Below, one piece after another: positions 27,000-38,976 of a stretch of DNA of 64,000 nt; the first letter of the stretch is position 1; every line of letters starts with the position of its first letter. The stretch is from Haliotis rufescens (Eukaryota): contig NW_025963879.1 in NCBI RefSeq assembly GCF_023055435.1, forward strand, positions 16,678,001-16,742,000, read 5' to 3'. Both the position numbers and the translations under genes were made by a program. A model generated the notes under the pieces. That model had not been told where the DNA came from. It did not search any database and saw nothing but the letters and a program-made list of their open reading frames with translations.

Positions 27000-27271
27000 T
27001 GAGTGAGTGAGTGAGTTGGGTTTAACATTATTCCAGTTATATCACGGCGTGTCAGCTTAATTTGGGAGGAAAGCCCGAAGTGATGCAGGTCTCAGACATT
27101 TACCACATCGGTGAAACCCACGAGCAGGGGTATGATGATGGCAAACCTAGAAACATAATGGGGGCGAACCGGGATTGGAACCAACAATCATAGGTTTCTA
27201 GAGTGCACAAGGGACGCAACTCTGCACAGCGAATCGAGGCGCCTTAGACGACTGGGCCACCCGTGTCCCCC
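27000..27271 (-). mobile_element. SINE family C (tRNA-Leu/Ser-like head with a long A-B box spacer)
   Basis: Head GGGTGGCCCAGTCGTCTAAGGCGC...GGTTCCAATCCC, (ACTC)n tail, TSD AACTTGTGA. Confidence 0.8.
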
Positions 27272-27408
27272 AAACTTGTGAAGTTTAACGATATCTTGTA
27301 TAGCTTGAAAGTTAGAATCTTAAGTTTGTACCTGTATTGTGAAGTTAATATATATGTATTTCGCAGTTATGAATGAACAGTGACGTTCGAGCCTACGTAA
27401 CTCTCAAT

Positions 27409-27675
27409 ACCCGTGAAGATCCGTGGTAGAATAGGTCTTCAGCAACCAATGTTTGCCGTAAAAGGCGACTATGCTTGTCGTAAAAGGCGACTAACGGGAT
27501 CGGGTGGTCAGGCTCGCTGACTTGGTTGATGCATGTCATCGATCCCAATTGCTTGGATCGATGCTCATGCTATTAATCACTGGATTGTCTGGTCCAGGTT
27601 CGATTATTTACAGACCGCCGTCATATAGCTGGAATATTGTTGAGTGCGGCGTTAAACAACAAACCAACCAAACCA
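27409..27675 (+). mobile_element. Family B element, full length
   Basis: Matches the 26308 copy and has an internal duplication of the GCTTGTCGTAAGAGGCGACTA hairpin. Confidence 0.85.
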
Positions 27676-28033
27676 CATCAATATAGCCTATAACTTTGCC
27701 GTATAAGTGCGGTCTAATGCTTTCATTACATTATTTCATGCCGATAACAATACTTATGTAGAACAGACTTCCGAAATCACTGAGAAAATCTCAATCAAGT
27801 TCATCCTTCAGAAAATTAATATTAAACACGTTCCAATATAGCCTAACTTTGGGGAAAAAACTGGAAAACATGGACCATTTGTGACAATGATAAAATATGT
27901 CTGTGTGGAGAAAAATGTGACATATTTTGTGTCCCATTTCTTTGGATGTCCTTTTTGCAATATCAATAGGGATATGTTAATACACGTCTATGTACAATTC
28001 CCTACAAGCATTCTACTGATGTAAGCTGATACT

Positions 28034-28144
28034 GGGCCCACTTGCACAAAGCGATCTTAGCGCTAAGATGATCGTAACTCCCATACTTAAACTTAGGCTT
28101 GCAAAATAGTCGCAGCGCTAAGATCGCTGTGTGCAAGTGGGCCC
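28034..28144. mobile_element. ~111-bp MITE with 31-bp terminal inverted repeats
   Basis: GGGCCCACTTGCACAAAGCGATCTTAGCGCT ... AGCGCTAAGATCGCTGTGTGCAAGTGGGCCC. A degenerate relative lies at ~37890-37997. Confidence 0.75.
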
Positions 28145-28221
28145 TGGTGTCGACCTGCGCAGGTAATGGTGGTTATGGAGAAACGGACCCCGGCTGCACC
28201 ACGCGTCCTCAACAATGACAG

Positions 28222-28255
28222 TGACGTCATAGACAGAACAGTGGAAATGACGTCA
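28222..28255. promoter_or_regulatory. CRE pair upstream of copy 5
   Basis: TGACGTCA at 28222-28229 and 28248-28255. Homology to the other copies begins only ~6 bp before the first CRE. Confidence 0.6.
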
Positions 28256-28690
28256 CAGAATGGTTCCATGACGACGTTGATGGTTCCAAATCAGTCGCCG
28301 ACACAACTTGGTGGTGTTCAGACGTACATGTGTTGCTCTTTGAAACTTCACATTTATTGCTGGTCTGTGTCTACTTTCACAAGTCTAAACTTCTTCTCAG
28401 TATCAGGTAAGCCATTACTTTTTCTGATAGATATTGTTTGTTAACCAACTTTCACATCTATATTTCACGACTCTACATTTGTTTATCCGTAAATTACATT
28501 TGTATTCATTAACACTCAGTCTACAATGTAATTTCGGAACTTTTTTATAGATTTGGATGCATAGCACAGCTGTAACGTGCAGATTGAATCGCTTTCAATA
28601 TATTGTGTCATTCTGTGTGGATCAAATCTCAGTCTGCAATGTAAATGTTCAAATTCCTAAATTCATATTAGATGTATTTTTATCCTACAG

Positions 28691-30103
28691 ATGAAGATGT
28701 ATCCACAAGAACGACTGAAGAGTCGGAAACTACTCACCCCCATACCCGAGGCGGACGGGCGTCAGTCTAACCCTCGTAGTCCAAGAACGCCAGAACTGCA
28801 TCAAGATTTACTTGGTAGGACAGTCTCCTATTTCTGCGTGCTAAGCAAACTGAATGGAAGTCGAAACAATAACACCATCTGTGTGTTTAAAGAAATTACA
28901 ATATTGAAGCAATTAGTTACAATGGGAGTCTATGGATGTACCGATCTGATCAATGTCCATGTATTCCTATAGGAAATACAAACCCTAAGGGAAATGTCAG
29001 TCAGCCTACCTCAAAATATGGAAAACAGTCTATTGTTTGTATAAAATGTTAATCGTTTTTGTTTCTAGTTCAGTACATGGACCTGAAAGCTCAAGTCGGA
29101 GATTTGGAGGAAAGGTAGGCACGATTTAGTGTGACATTCTTCGATGTGATATCACATAAGCTGACCATTTTAATCAAGAACCGATATAATCTTATTCTCT
29201 GAGAGATCAAAAGCTATAACGTTGCACAGCGTAGATGATATGCGTTTACCGTTACTACCCTGCCTTTGTAGAGCAGCAATGTCCATTCTGGATGTACCCA
29301 GCTGTCATTTAGTTGCAATGTGTCTAATATTGGAATACATCCTACAAAATGATGAAATTATAAAAATATATCTCATTATAATTGTATAGATATAACGTAT
29401 TTGTGAATGATAGAAATTTAAGCCAAAACATCTTAAATATCGACATATCTTCTTCAGTCTTCTCGATCACCTTTTCAATGAGAACCAGAAGCTGAGAGGG
29501 GAGAACGAGCGACAGGCCCGACAACTCCGGGAGGAGAACACGTTAAGGCTGAAAGTTGAGGCGGACAGACAGGACTATAGGCTGGAGTATTTCAACTATC
29601 GTCTCAGTTACACAATGGCGCAGGCTGAGCTCCAGGAACTGAAACAGACGCTAGAGGGACTGGCGGGGGACTGGGAGAAGGAGAAGCAGACAGAGATGGA
29701 GCAGAGGAAGAAGCTGGAGGAAGAGCTGGCAGCTCTCCAGCGCCAGACTGCCCCTCTGACCTGTCACACTCCTGCCAATAAGCGGACCAGTTCCTCCAGC
29801 GTCAGTCCTCCAGCTCAACCAAGGAAGACTCGAAGACCTTACACAGGAAAGTCAAAGGACAAGGTTCCAAGCAAGATCTCACATGTCAAGACAGACTTCT
29901 CTGCTTCCGGTGACAACTTGGTGAAGGCCAAGGCCACATATAAGAATGAAAGCAAGTTGAAGGTCACTTCCAGTGTAAGATCCATTCTGAAAGACACCAA
30001 GAGAGGACAGGATGCTGAAAGGAAACCAACCCGATCCTCCAGGAACCTTTCTGTTAGATTCACAAAGGAAATGCCAGTTGGAAAGATCCGTCACGAAATG
30101 TAA
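28691..30103 (+). CDS. Cluster gene copy 5, inverted (271 aa); exons 28691-28814, 29069-29114, 29458-30103
   Basis: Intact GT/AG sites and frame despite strongly diverged introns. Upstream exon donor at 28406/28407. Confidence 0.87.
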
Positions 30104-30305
30104 TTACGACCCTCGCCATAAGGAACAAACTTTATAAACTGTTTGGTGTTCTTTGATTATAGGTTCTTGTAATTCCGTGTATAAAATCATCGCCGATTAT
30201 GTCACTGAAGAAACTGCTTTTTGTTATTATTTACAACGTGTAAAACTACGTACTTGCATGGGGGACGTCAATCTGATTATATCTTAACAGTGACTGGTTG
30301 AGGTC

Positions 30306-31872
30306 CACAGACGAGCTTGTCTGACCTGATGTAAGTACACACACGAGTTTGTCTGACCTGGTTGATGTATACACACGAGTTTGTCTGACCTGGTTGATGT
30401 ATAAACACGAGTTTGTCTGACCTGGTTGATGTATAAACACGAGTTTGTCTGACCTGCTTGATGTATAAACACGAGTTTGTCTGACCTGGTTGATGTAGTA
30501 ACACGAGTTTGTCTGACCTGGTTGATGTATACACGGGAGTTTGTCTGACCTGGTTGATGTATAAACACGAGTTTGTCTGACCTGGTTGATGTATAAACAG
30601 GAGATTGTCTGACCTGGTGTAAGTACACAGACGAGCTTGTCTGATCTGGTTGATGTATACACACGAGTTTGTCTGACCTGGTTGATGTATACACAGGAGT
30701 TTGTCTGACCTGGTTGATGTATAAACACGAGTTTGTCTGACCTGGTTGATGTATACACGGGAGTTTGTCTGACCTGGTTGATGTATAAACACGAGTTTGT
30801 CTGACCTGGTTGATGTATAAACAGGAGATTGTCTGACCTGGTGTAAGTACACAGACGAACTTGTCTGATCTGATTGATGTATACACACGAGTTTGTCTGA
30901 CCTGGTTGATGTATACACGGGAGTTTGTCTGACCTGGTTGATGTATAAACACGAGATTGTCTGACCTGGTGTAAGTACACAGACGAGTTGTCTGACCTGG
31001 AAGGAGTGCTAAAACTGTGCGAGAATTCCTCGAGAAACACTACACAGACGAGCTGACACAAAATGAAGATGAATGTATCAACACACGAGTTTGTCTGACC
31101 TGGCTGATGTATACACACGAGATTGTTTGACCTGGTGTAAGTACACAGGCGAGCTTGTCTGACCTGGCTGATGTATACACACGAGATTGTCTGACCTGGT
31201 GTAAGTACACAGGCGAGCTTGTCTGACCTGGTTGATGTATACACACGAGCTTGTCTGACCTGGTGTAAGTACACAGACGAGCTTGTCTGACCTGGTTGAT
31301 GTATACACACGAGCTTGTCTGACCTGGTGTAAGTACACAGACGAGCTTGTCTGACCTGGTTGATGTATACACACGAGATTGTCTGACCTGGTGTAAGTAC
31401 ACAGACGAGCTTGTCTGACCTGGTTGATGTATACACACGAGCTTGTCTGACCTGGTGTAAGTACACAGACGAGCTTGTCTGACCTGGTTGATGTATACAC
31501 ACGAGCTTGTCTGACCTGGTGTAAGTACACAGACGAGCTTGTCTGACCTGGTTGATGTATACACACGAGATTGTCTGACCTGGTGTAAGTACACAGACGA
31601 GCTTGTCTGACCTGGTTGATGTATACACACGAGTTTGTCTGACCTGGTGTAAGTACACAGACGAGCTTGTCTGACCTGGTTGATGTATACACATGAGCTT
31701 GTCTGACCTGGTGTAAGTACACAGACGAGCTTGTCTGACCTGGTTGATGTATACACACGAGCTTGTCTGACCTGGTGTAAGTACACAGACGAGCTTGTCT
31801 GACCTGGTTGATGTATACACATGAGCTTGTCTGGCCTGGTGTAAGTACACAGACGAGCTTGTCTGACCTGGT
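30306..31872 (+). repeat. 32-bp minisatellite with two monomer types; strict 64-bp dimer in ~31090-31870
   Basis: Monomers GAGTTTGTCTGACCTGGTTGATGTATACACAC and GAGCTTGTCTGACCTGGTGTAAGTACACAGAC. Interrupted at ~31000-31080. Confidence 0.96.
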
Positions 31873-32044
31873 TGTTGAACATATTGGTCGTGCGCTCCAG
31901 CCTAGGGTCGACGCATGTGTCAAGTACTTTCTACCACTGTGTCTGCACCTTGTCCGATAATCAGATAAAAAATGTACACGTGGTTTTGTACGTGCTTGTA
32001 TATTTGGATACCTACGTGCATATATACCTGGCGTGCAAAATATT

Positions 32045-32415
32045 GTGGCTATGTACGCGATGTAAACGTGGCTATGTACGTGCCTGTATACGTGGCTATG
32101 TACGTAATGTAAACATGGCTATGTACGTGATGTATACGTGGCTATGTATGTAATGTAAACGTGGCTATGTATGTGATGTATACGTGGCTATGTATGTAAT
32201 GTAAACGTGGCTATGTATGTAATGTATACGTGGCCATGTACGTGATGTATACGATGCTATGTACGTGATGTATACGTGGCCATGTACGTGATGTATACGT
32301 GGCTATGTATGTGATGTAAACGTGGCTATGTACGTGATGTATACGTGGCCATGTACGTGATGTATACGATGCTTTGTACGTGATGTATTCGTGGCCGTGT
32401 ACGTGATGTATACGC
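32045..32415 (+). repeat. 23-bp minisatellite (GCTATGTACGTGATGTATACGTG)
   Basis: 23-bp periodicity. Confidence 0.9.
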
Positions 32416-33272
32416 GTTCAATGGTTTGTCTGAGCAAGGCTCCGTTATTTCCAGGCTCCCGTGATAAAGCTGGTATAGTGTAAAACAAAACGTGTGCGAG
32501 TACGTGCCCGCTTAGTTCTACACTATAACACTTGCCATGGATAACACCATAACAACGACAGAGTGGCACGGTATGCAAGGTTTAACGCGTGCCTTAGCAT
32601 ACCTTTGTCGCTACCATGCAGTACTGTTATGAAATATTCGGATTATAAAATCAATGAAAGTTATAATATAACGTGAAGGCTCAGCTGTGTTTGGAGACTT
32701 GAATCTTACACAAACAAAATTCTCTTTATTGGCAAATCCATGTAATTCAAGACATTGCAAACATCAGCTGTAAAGTTTGCTCTGAACACTTGGAAATGTT
32801 GAGGCACAATGATATTTTCATATGCGAAGTTCAATGTTTTATTAATTATTTACTCACTTATCTTATATGTCTAAGTCTGAAAATCACTGTCAATCAGGCA
32901 GACTGAAAGTATATAAGTATATAGCAAAAAGTGTTATTTTCACCAGTGTGAAATAACGATTTAATATTTCAGTTAAATATATTATTTCATCTCTAAATAA
33001 ATAATAAAGCATATTTCACGCTTTTCGCGGGTATGCCAGCATAGTTACTTAGTCAGACGTTTGGGTTAACGACGTTTGGGTTAACGACCATTTAAATCGA
33101 GGACACTCACTTTATATTTCTGTCAAACATTTGCTTTAATAGTTAGTAAAACTGGGCAAGCATTTCTCTTTACTCTACGACTACACTAAATTTTAAATAT
33201 TTCAAAAAATATTTAAATTATAGTTTTATTTCGACCAATGCTCCTTTAAGTTTTTAAAAGAAATTGCAGAGA

Positions 33273-33497
33273 CCATATATCGGTATATACCACCACGCCA
33301 TATATCGGTATCTATACCACGCCATATATCGGTATATACCACTCCGCCATATATCGGTATAAACCACCCCGCCATATATCGGTATATACCACTCCGCCAT
33401 ATATCGGTATAAACCACCCCGCCATATATCGGTATAAACCACCCCACCATATATCGGTATATACCACCCCGGCATATATCGGTATATACCACCCCGC
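33273..33497 (+). repeat. 25-bp minisatellite (GCCATATATCGGTATATACCACCCC)
   Basis: About 9 tandem units. Confidence 0.9.
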
Positions 33498-34646
33498 CTG
33501 GGTGAGGAATGTTAAAGTGACGCAGAGCAAGACCATATCTACCCATCCATGTATGATTGCTGCAGACTGGCCTATTAAGATTAGAGAGAAATGCAATTAT
33601 ACAATTCATTTTCTTATGACTGGGCTGCTTATTTAAATATGTAAGAATGCAGAAATGACCTTGATATTTTATAATTTGCATACAGTGAAAATGGTCAGGT
33701 TTGATGCCTGGCACAAAATAATTCTGGAAATATTTAAATATGTTTACGCTTACAAGCATTTAAACATTTGGAGATGTTATAGGTGATCGTTTAAACATGT
33801 TTATTTACAGCAATATATAAACTGATTCATTTTGGTGTTTTCAATAAATATAACAATACCACAAAATGTTTCATGATTTATTTGTATTTATCTACTTGTG
33901 TTATCTGTGAACACAACTTGCAGCGTGGCAAGCCAAAAAACAGCACTGTCTATAATACACTTACTGAAGCGCTCGTTAAATCTTCCAACATCGATCGGCG
34001 GGGCGTCTGTTGGCGCCAGCTGGCCTCAAGTTGTGCGTGTTGCGAATTGAACTCATTTATGATATATCCGGTATATAAAAGATGTGTCATCGGTCTCTTA
34101 TGACATTAAACAAAATTTGTTAGAAAAATAAAAATCACTTTGTCGAGAATCAAGATCAAGAGAAATATACCTTGATCTAGAATCTAGATCTCGACCGTGG
34201 GAGGCATCGTGACATATCTTTAGCGCAGTAATAACCAAAAGCCTGATGTTACTTTATATTAGGGGACACTCGTATGTTCAAATATCGAACTGATTACCAC
34301 AGTATGGCAACTAAACGAAGTAATTTCATGCACAGGCAAACCAACAATCAAATTTTCATGATTTGGCGGGAATCTGCACCCCTCCTAATTTGGACTTTGA
34401 AATCGCATAGATTGGAGAATAACAAATACGACAAAACATATACAGTTGTTTACTAGCTACATTGAACGAAATATGTGACGCAAGGAATGTCTGAGTTTAA
34501 CACTGGGACACGAAATCTCGGCTGACACGAACAGACCAAATCGGAAACGTCGTGCCTGTGCCACTCCATGTTTCAAAGTGAGGCTACAAGGTCACTGTGA
34601 CCCCACCAGTTATAAATAGATTGAATTTCCTCTCACGGGCAGGCAA

Positions 34647-34718
34647 GCCTCGGTGGCCAAGTGGTAAGGCGTCGGTCTCGTAAACCGAAGATCCAGGGTT
34701 CGATCCCCTGTCGGGGCT
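34647..34718 (+). tRNA. tRNA-Thr (anticodon CGT)
   Basis: Full cloverleaf GCCTCGG-TGGCCAAGTGGTAAGGC-G-TCGGT CTCGTAA ACCGA-AGATC-CAGGG TTCGATC CCCTG-TCGGGGC-T, close to metazoan Thr-CGT. TATAAATA lies ~30 bp upstream. Confidence 0.95.
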
Positions 34719-34719
34719 A

Positions 34720-34724
34720 TTTTT
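34720..34724 (+). terminator. Pol III terminator (T5) of tRNA-Thr
   Basis: TTTTT immediately after the discriminator base. Confidence 0.8.
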
Positions 34725-35363
34725 GAAAGAGGGTTTTTATTTTCATGCAAAGTCCGCAGCTCACGTATTCTTTCATCAAAACAGGAAATTTATTTCCCTC
34801 CAAATGTAACGGGGGCTATTTAAGCATGTGCATATGTGAAAAACCCAGACCTGGTGTTAATCACAGGTGATAGAAGAACCATTGAAAAATTAGAATAAAA
34901 ATTACATATGAAAAAAAGAAATATTGAAACAATAATTAAATAATTGATTAATTGAAAATAATTTATCCATATAAATAATGAATATATTTTATAATTTTAT
35001 TTTCAAATTGTGAAATTTGACGAACGATTCTGTGTTTATAGAGTGACTAGCATCCATAATTGTGTGCTGTTTTTCAGTGTATGTCTTGTATTATTGTCAG
35101 GTTCAATATTTTGAGTTGGATTCAAACAAACCTCCGCAGGTGTTTAAATTTGGATGATGTGATTCCAATAAAATTACCAAAGACTGCCAACTGGCTTCTT
35201 TAGTCCCCCTTGAAGTAACAAATACATGCACACATATTCTCATTCTAAGCATTGCAGTTTAACTCTGCACTCAGCAATATTCCAGCTAAATGACGCTGGC
35301 CTGTAAACAATCATGTCTGGACCAGACAATCCAGTGACTGGTATTATGAGCACTGATCCACAC

Positions 35364-35774
35364 TAGGGCTGGGACAGGTAACTCAGGTACTCGGGTCGGG
35401 AGGGTACTGAGGACCTGGATACCCACAGGATTACCCGGACCCGTGGTTTGTCAAGTGATATATTGTTTAATCACAAAAACTATCTAGATCTCTATGGTTG
35501 CACAACATGTTACTAATGTTTGCAGTTCTTTCTGACAATGCACCCATTCCTTCTGACTGTGATAGTTTTGAATAAAGATAAAACTTCAGTTAATGTATGC
35601 ATGATCAGATCGTTTTATATGTGTATCTAAATACATTTTGCCAGGGCTATGGTCAAACTATTCCCAATAAGACATTTTGTGCCCAACTCTTGAGACCAAC
35701 AGCAGGTACCCGGGTAGGGTCAGGTAATAGGGGGTATGTACCCGGGTAGTAAATTTGGACTCGTCCCAGCCCTA
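35364..35774. mobile_element. hAT-type MITE nested in a family B element
   Basis: TIR TAGGGCTGGGAC/GTCCCAGCCCTA and 8-bp TSD ATCCACAC. Family B sequence lies on both sides (~35255-35900). Confidence 0.88.
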
Positions 35775-35939
35775 ATCCACACCATCGGGGAACAATGACA
35801 CGCATTTATCCTGTTAACTAAGCCTGACCTAATTAGTCATCTCTTAATTATGACAAGGTTTACGATAGGTTAATACTTGGGATCCAATTCTAACCCAGAA
35901 TCAAATTGCTAGTCATGTTGTTATGTGGAAAGTGTATGT

Positions 35940-36193
35940 TGGTTGGGTGGTTGGTTGGTTTGTTGAATATTAATGCCACACTCAGCAATATTCCAGCTTT
36001 ATGACAGTGGTCTGTGAATAATCCAGCCTGGACCAGACAATCCAGTGATTAATATCATGAGCATCGATCCAAGCATTTAGAAACGATGACATGCATCAAC
36101 CAAGTCAGCGAGCCTGACTACCTGATCCCGATAGTCGCCTCTTACGGCAAGCATCGGTTGCTGAAGACCTGTTCTACCCCGAATCTTCAAGGT
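35940..36193 (-). mobile_element. Family B element
   Basis: Reverse-complement match to 26308-26561. Confidence 0.82.
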
Positions 36194-36562
36194 CGAGAGT
36201 GTATGTCATCATTTATAATGTATTACTTATCAGTGATCCAGGGTTTTATTTGTTAAACATGACAACTATTGTTTGAGGATATGGTGTTTGGGGGTTTGTT
36301 GAGACAAGTACCTGTTACAGGTGTTGAACCTGTCAAAATATGTTCCATTTTGATTATGACGTCATCATTGTATTTACAACATGTTAAATTGTCAACATTT
36401 TATTTCGCAGGGAGTGTTGAACCTCTCAAAATGGTTGAACTGGTCTGTTTTTGTTAGGAGTATTTTTGGTGCTATTTGGTACCCCTATAAACAAAAATAT
36501 TGATCATTGACCAACACAGACCTGTTACCCAATACCACCAACCCCCAGCAGGACATGACTGC

Positions 36563-36818
36563 ACCCATGAATATCCGGGGTAGAATAGGTCTTCAGTAAC
36601 CCATGCTTGCCATATTAGGCAACTATGCTTGTCGTAAGAGGCAACTATGGGGATCGGGTGGTCAGGCTTGCTGGCTTGGTTGATGCATGTCATCATATCC
36701 CAACTGGGTGCTCATGATGTCAATCACTGAATTGTCTGGTCCAGATTCGATTATTTACAGACCATCGCATACAGCTGGAATATCGCTGAGTGGGGCGTTA
36801 AACAACAAACAAAGAAAC
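36563..36818 (+). mobile_element. Family B element
   Basis: Full-length match. Further partial copies at ~39838-40030, 42920-43150, 43225-43405, 44233-44460 and 46624-46860 (all - strand). Confidence 0.82.
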
Positions 36819-38722
36819 ATTTACACTGACGGCATCTGTGGATCAGGAAATCCATAAATACAAAAACAAGTCTTTAAGAAAATCACTTTATTCCTCCTCC
36901 TATTCTTGAAAAATTACATCTCAGCAAAATCAATCGACATTCACTCATGTTTGTCAAATTATCACTCAAATGGCTAAAGTAAAGTATCCAGTTGTATCCA
37001 AGTATCCCAAAAACAAAGATGGAGTCATTCTTCATGAATATCCTGCACAAAACATGTTTCATTACTTAAAACCAAAGACCTGACACACAATAATATGTCC
37101 ACTTGATCAAACATAAACATGATAAATACACATCTTAAAAAACATAGTTGACATGAAATTATTCTTATGTTAACAATAACTTATTCTTTGTTGCCATGGC
37201 AATACAAATGCATTTCACAGGTTCTCAAAACATTTTCTTCATTACAATGTTAAGATTTCTTCACAGAAAAGCTGGTAGCAGATGCCTGACAGTTAATAAA
37301 CACAAGTCCTATAATCTCCAAATCACACAAATCACTTGTCATCACTGTTTTTTATTCAAAATAAACAAAATAATGTAATTAAATATATCTATATATCACA
37401 TATATATCATGAATATATATCGAACATAACTGTGCTGATTACCAAGTCAGATGCATTCTGATATTGGAATATAGGAAAAAAGAAATGTTAGACTATTGAC
37501 AAACAAAATATTTGAGAGAAAAAATAACAGTACATAACAAAAATCAACAATAACAAATTGGATAGTGCGCTTTCATGTGCATTACCATGATCATATCTTT
37601 GACCAGCAGTCTCTATTTCCAAATATCATTTTCTTGGAAAACTCTTGATCTGATAAAAACAATGCTACACCTACCATAAGCAATCAGTAAATTTAAGTTC
37701 AACAAAATAGGCAAGAAAACATCTCCAATAAAACATCAGTGTTAAAACTTTCTTCTCCAGTATTTTAATCTACAAGGCGCCCAAAGTTTGTATTTCTCAC
37801 CTCTTGTTTTATGGACAGGAGCCTGCTGACTTTATGGCTAACTTAAACACTGAACACTCATAATGGGTTAACACTTGGCCCTTGTGGACCAGGCCTTGTC
37901 ACTAAAAGTCTTAGCACTGAGTTGATTACTACTCCCATTCTCTAACACAGACTTACGACAGTCGTAGTGCTAAAACCGTTTTGTAGAACAGGGCCAAGGC
38001 TTCTTATGTTTACTTAGCTAACAGAGTATAGAGGATAAACAATTGTATTATGAGGTTCACTCTAAAAGAGCAGCATATATTCAGTCATTTGGCTTTGGAA
38101 AAAAGAAAATTATTCAGAAAATAACCAACTATTTGTGCTAGCACAATGTAGAAAGTCATTTGCTCTGCAGTGCTTGGCATATTATTGTGTCAGGTGGGGC
38201 TGACACTACCACTCAAAGAAGTTCAAGAATGCCTGATTCTTTCAAATAATATAGTTAATCAGTCATGGCATGACCCTATTCTTGGATATGCCATGACACA
38301 TTAACTACAGTAATATGAAAGAATCGGGTCTTCTTTACCTTTTCATTTGTACGGGTATATCACTATCAGTGTATTAAAAAAACCAGCATAAATTTATTCA
38401 AACAGGAGGCAATAACTGATCAAGAGAACAATGATCGTGGATCTAAACTTGTTAATTTTCATTCTCTGCAATACGAGATGTATCAGGATCAAATATATAA
38501 TGCATAACAAAGTCCATGTCTAACATACCATTGTTCAGTGTCAGACACATCAGCTGTGCAGGTTATGACTGGGACACACATCCAATGCTGCTCATATGGT
38601 AAATATGCCTTGTGGAAGCTCTTCATGATATTGGCAATGGACAAAAAGAGCTTTCAAAGCAGTTCCAGATTAATACATTTTGATTCCAGGGGTGTTACAT
38701 CAGTATGCCCGAATTGAAAATA

Positions 38723-38976
38723 GTGAGTTTGGTTTAACGCCGCTTTTAACAGTATTCCAGTTATATCACGGTGTGTCAGCTTAATGTGGGAGGAAAGCCT
38801 GCAGTGATGCAGGTCTCAGACGTTTACCACTTCGGTGAAACCCACGAGCATGGGTATGGTGCCGACAAACCTGCGAACCTGCGAACCCACTATTAAAGGT
38901 TTCTGGCGGGCCCCATGGACGCAACTCTGCACCGCGAATCGCGGCGCCTGAGACGACTGGGCCACATGTGCCCCCC
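38723..38976 (-). mobile_element. SINE family C
   Basis: Matches 27000-27271. Degenerate copies also at ~41813-42065 and ~43680-43917. Confidence 0.8.

Noticed and set aside
30246-31923. 534-aa and other ORFs on the - strand
   Set aside because: These are translations of the 32/64-bp satellite in three overlapping frames.
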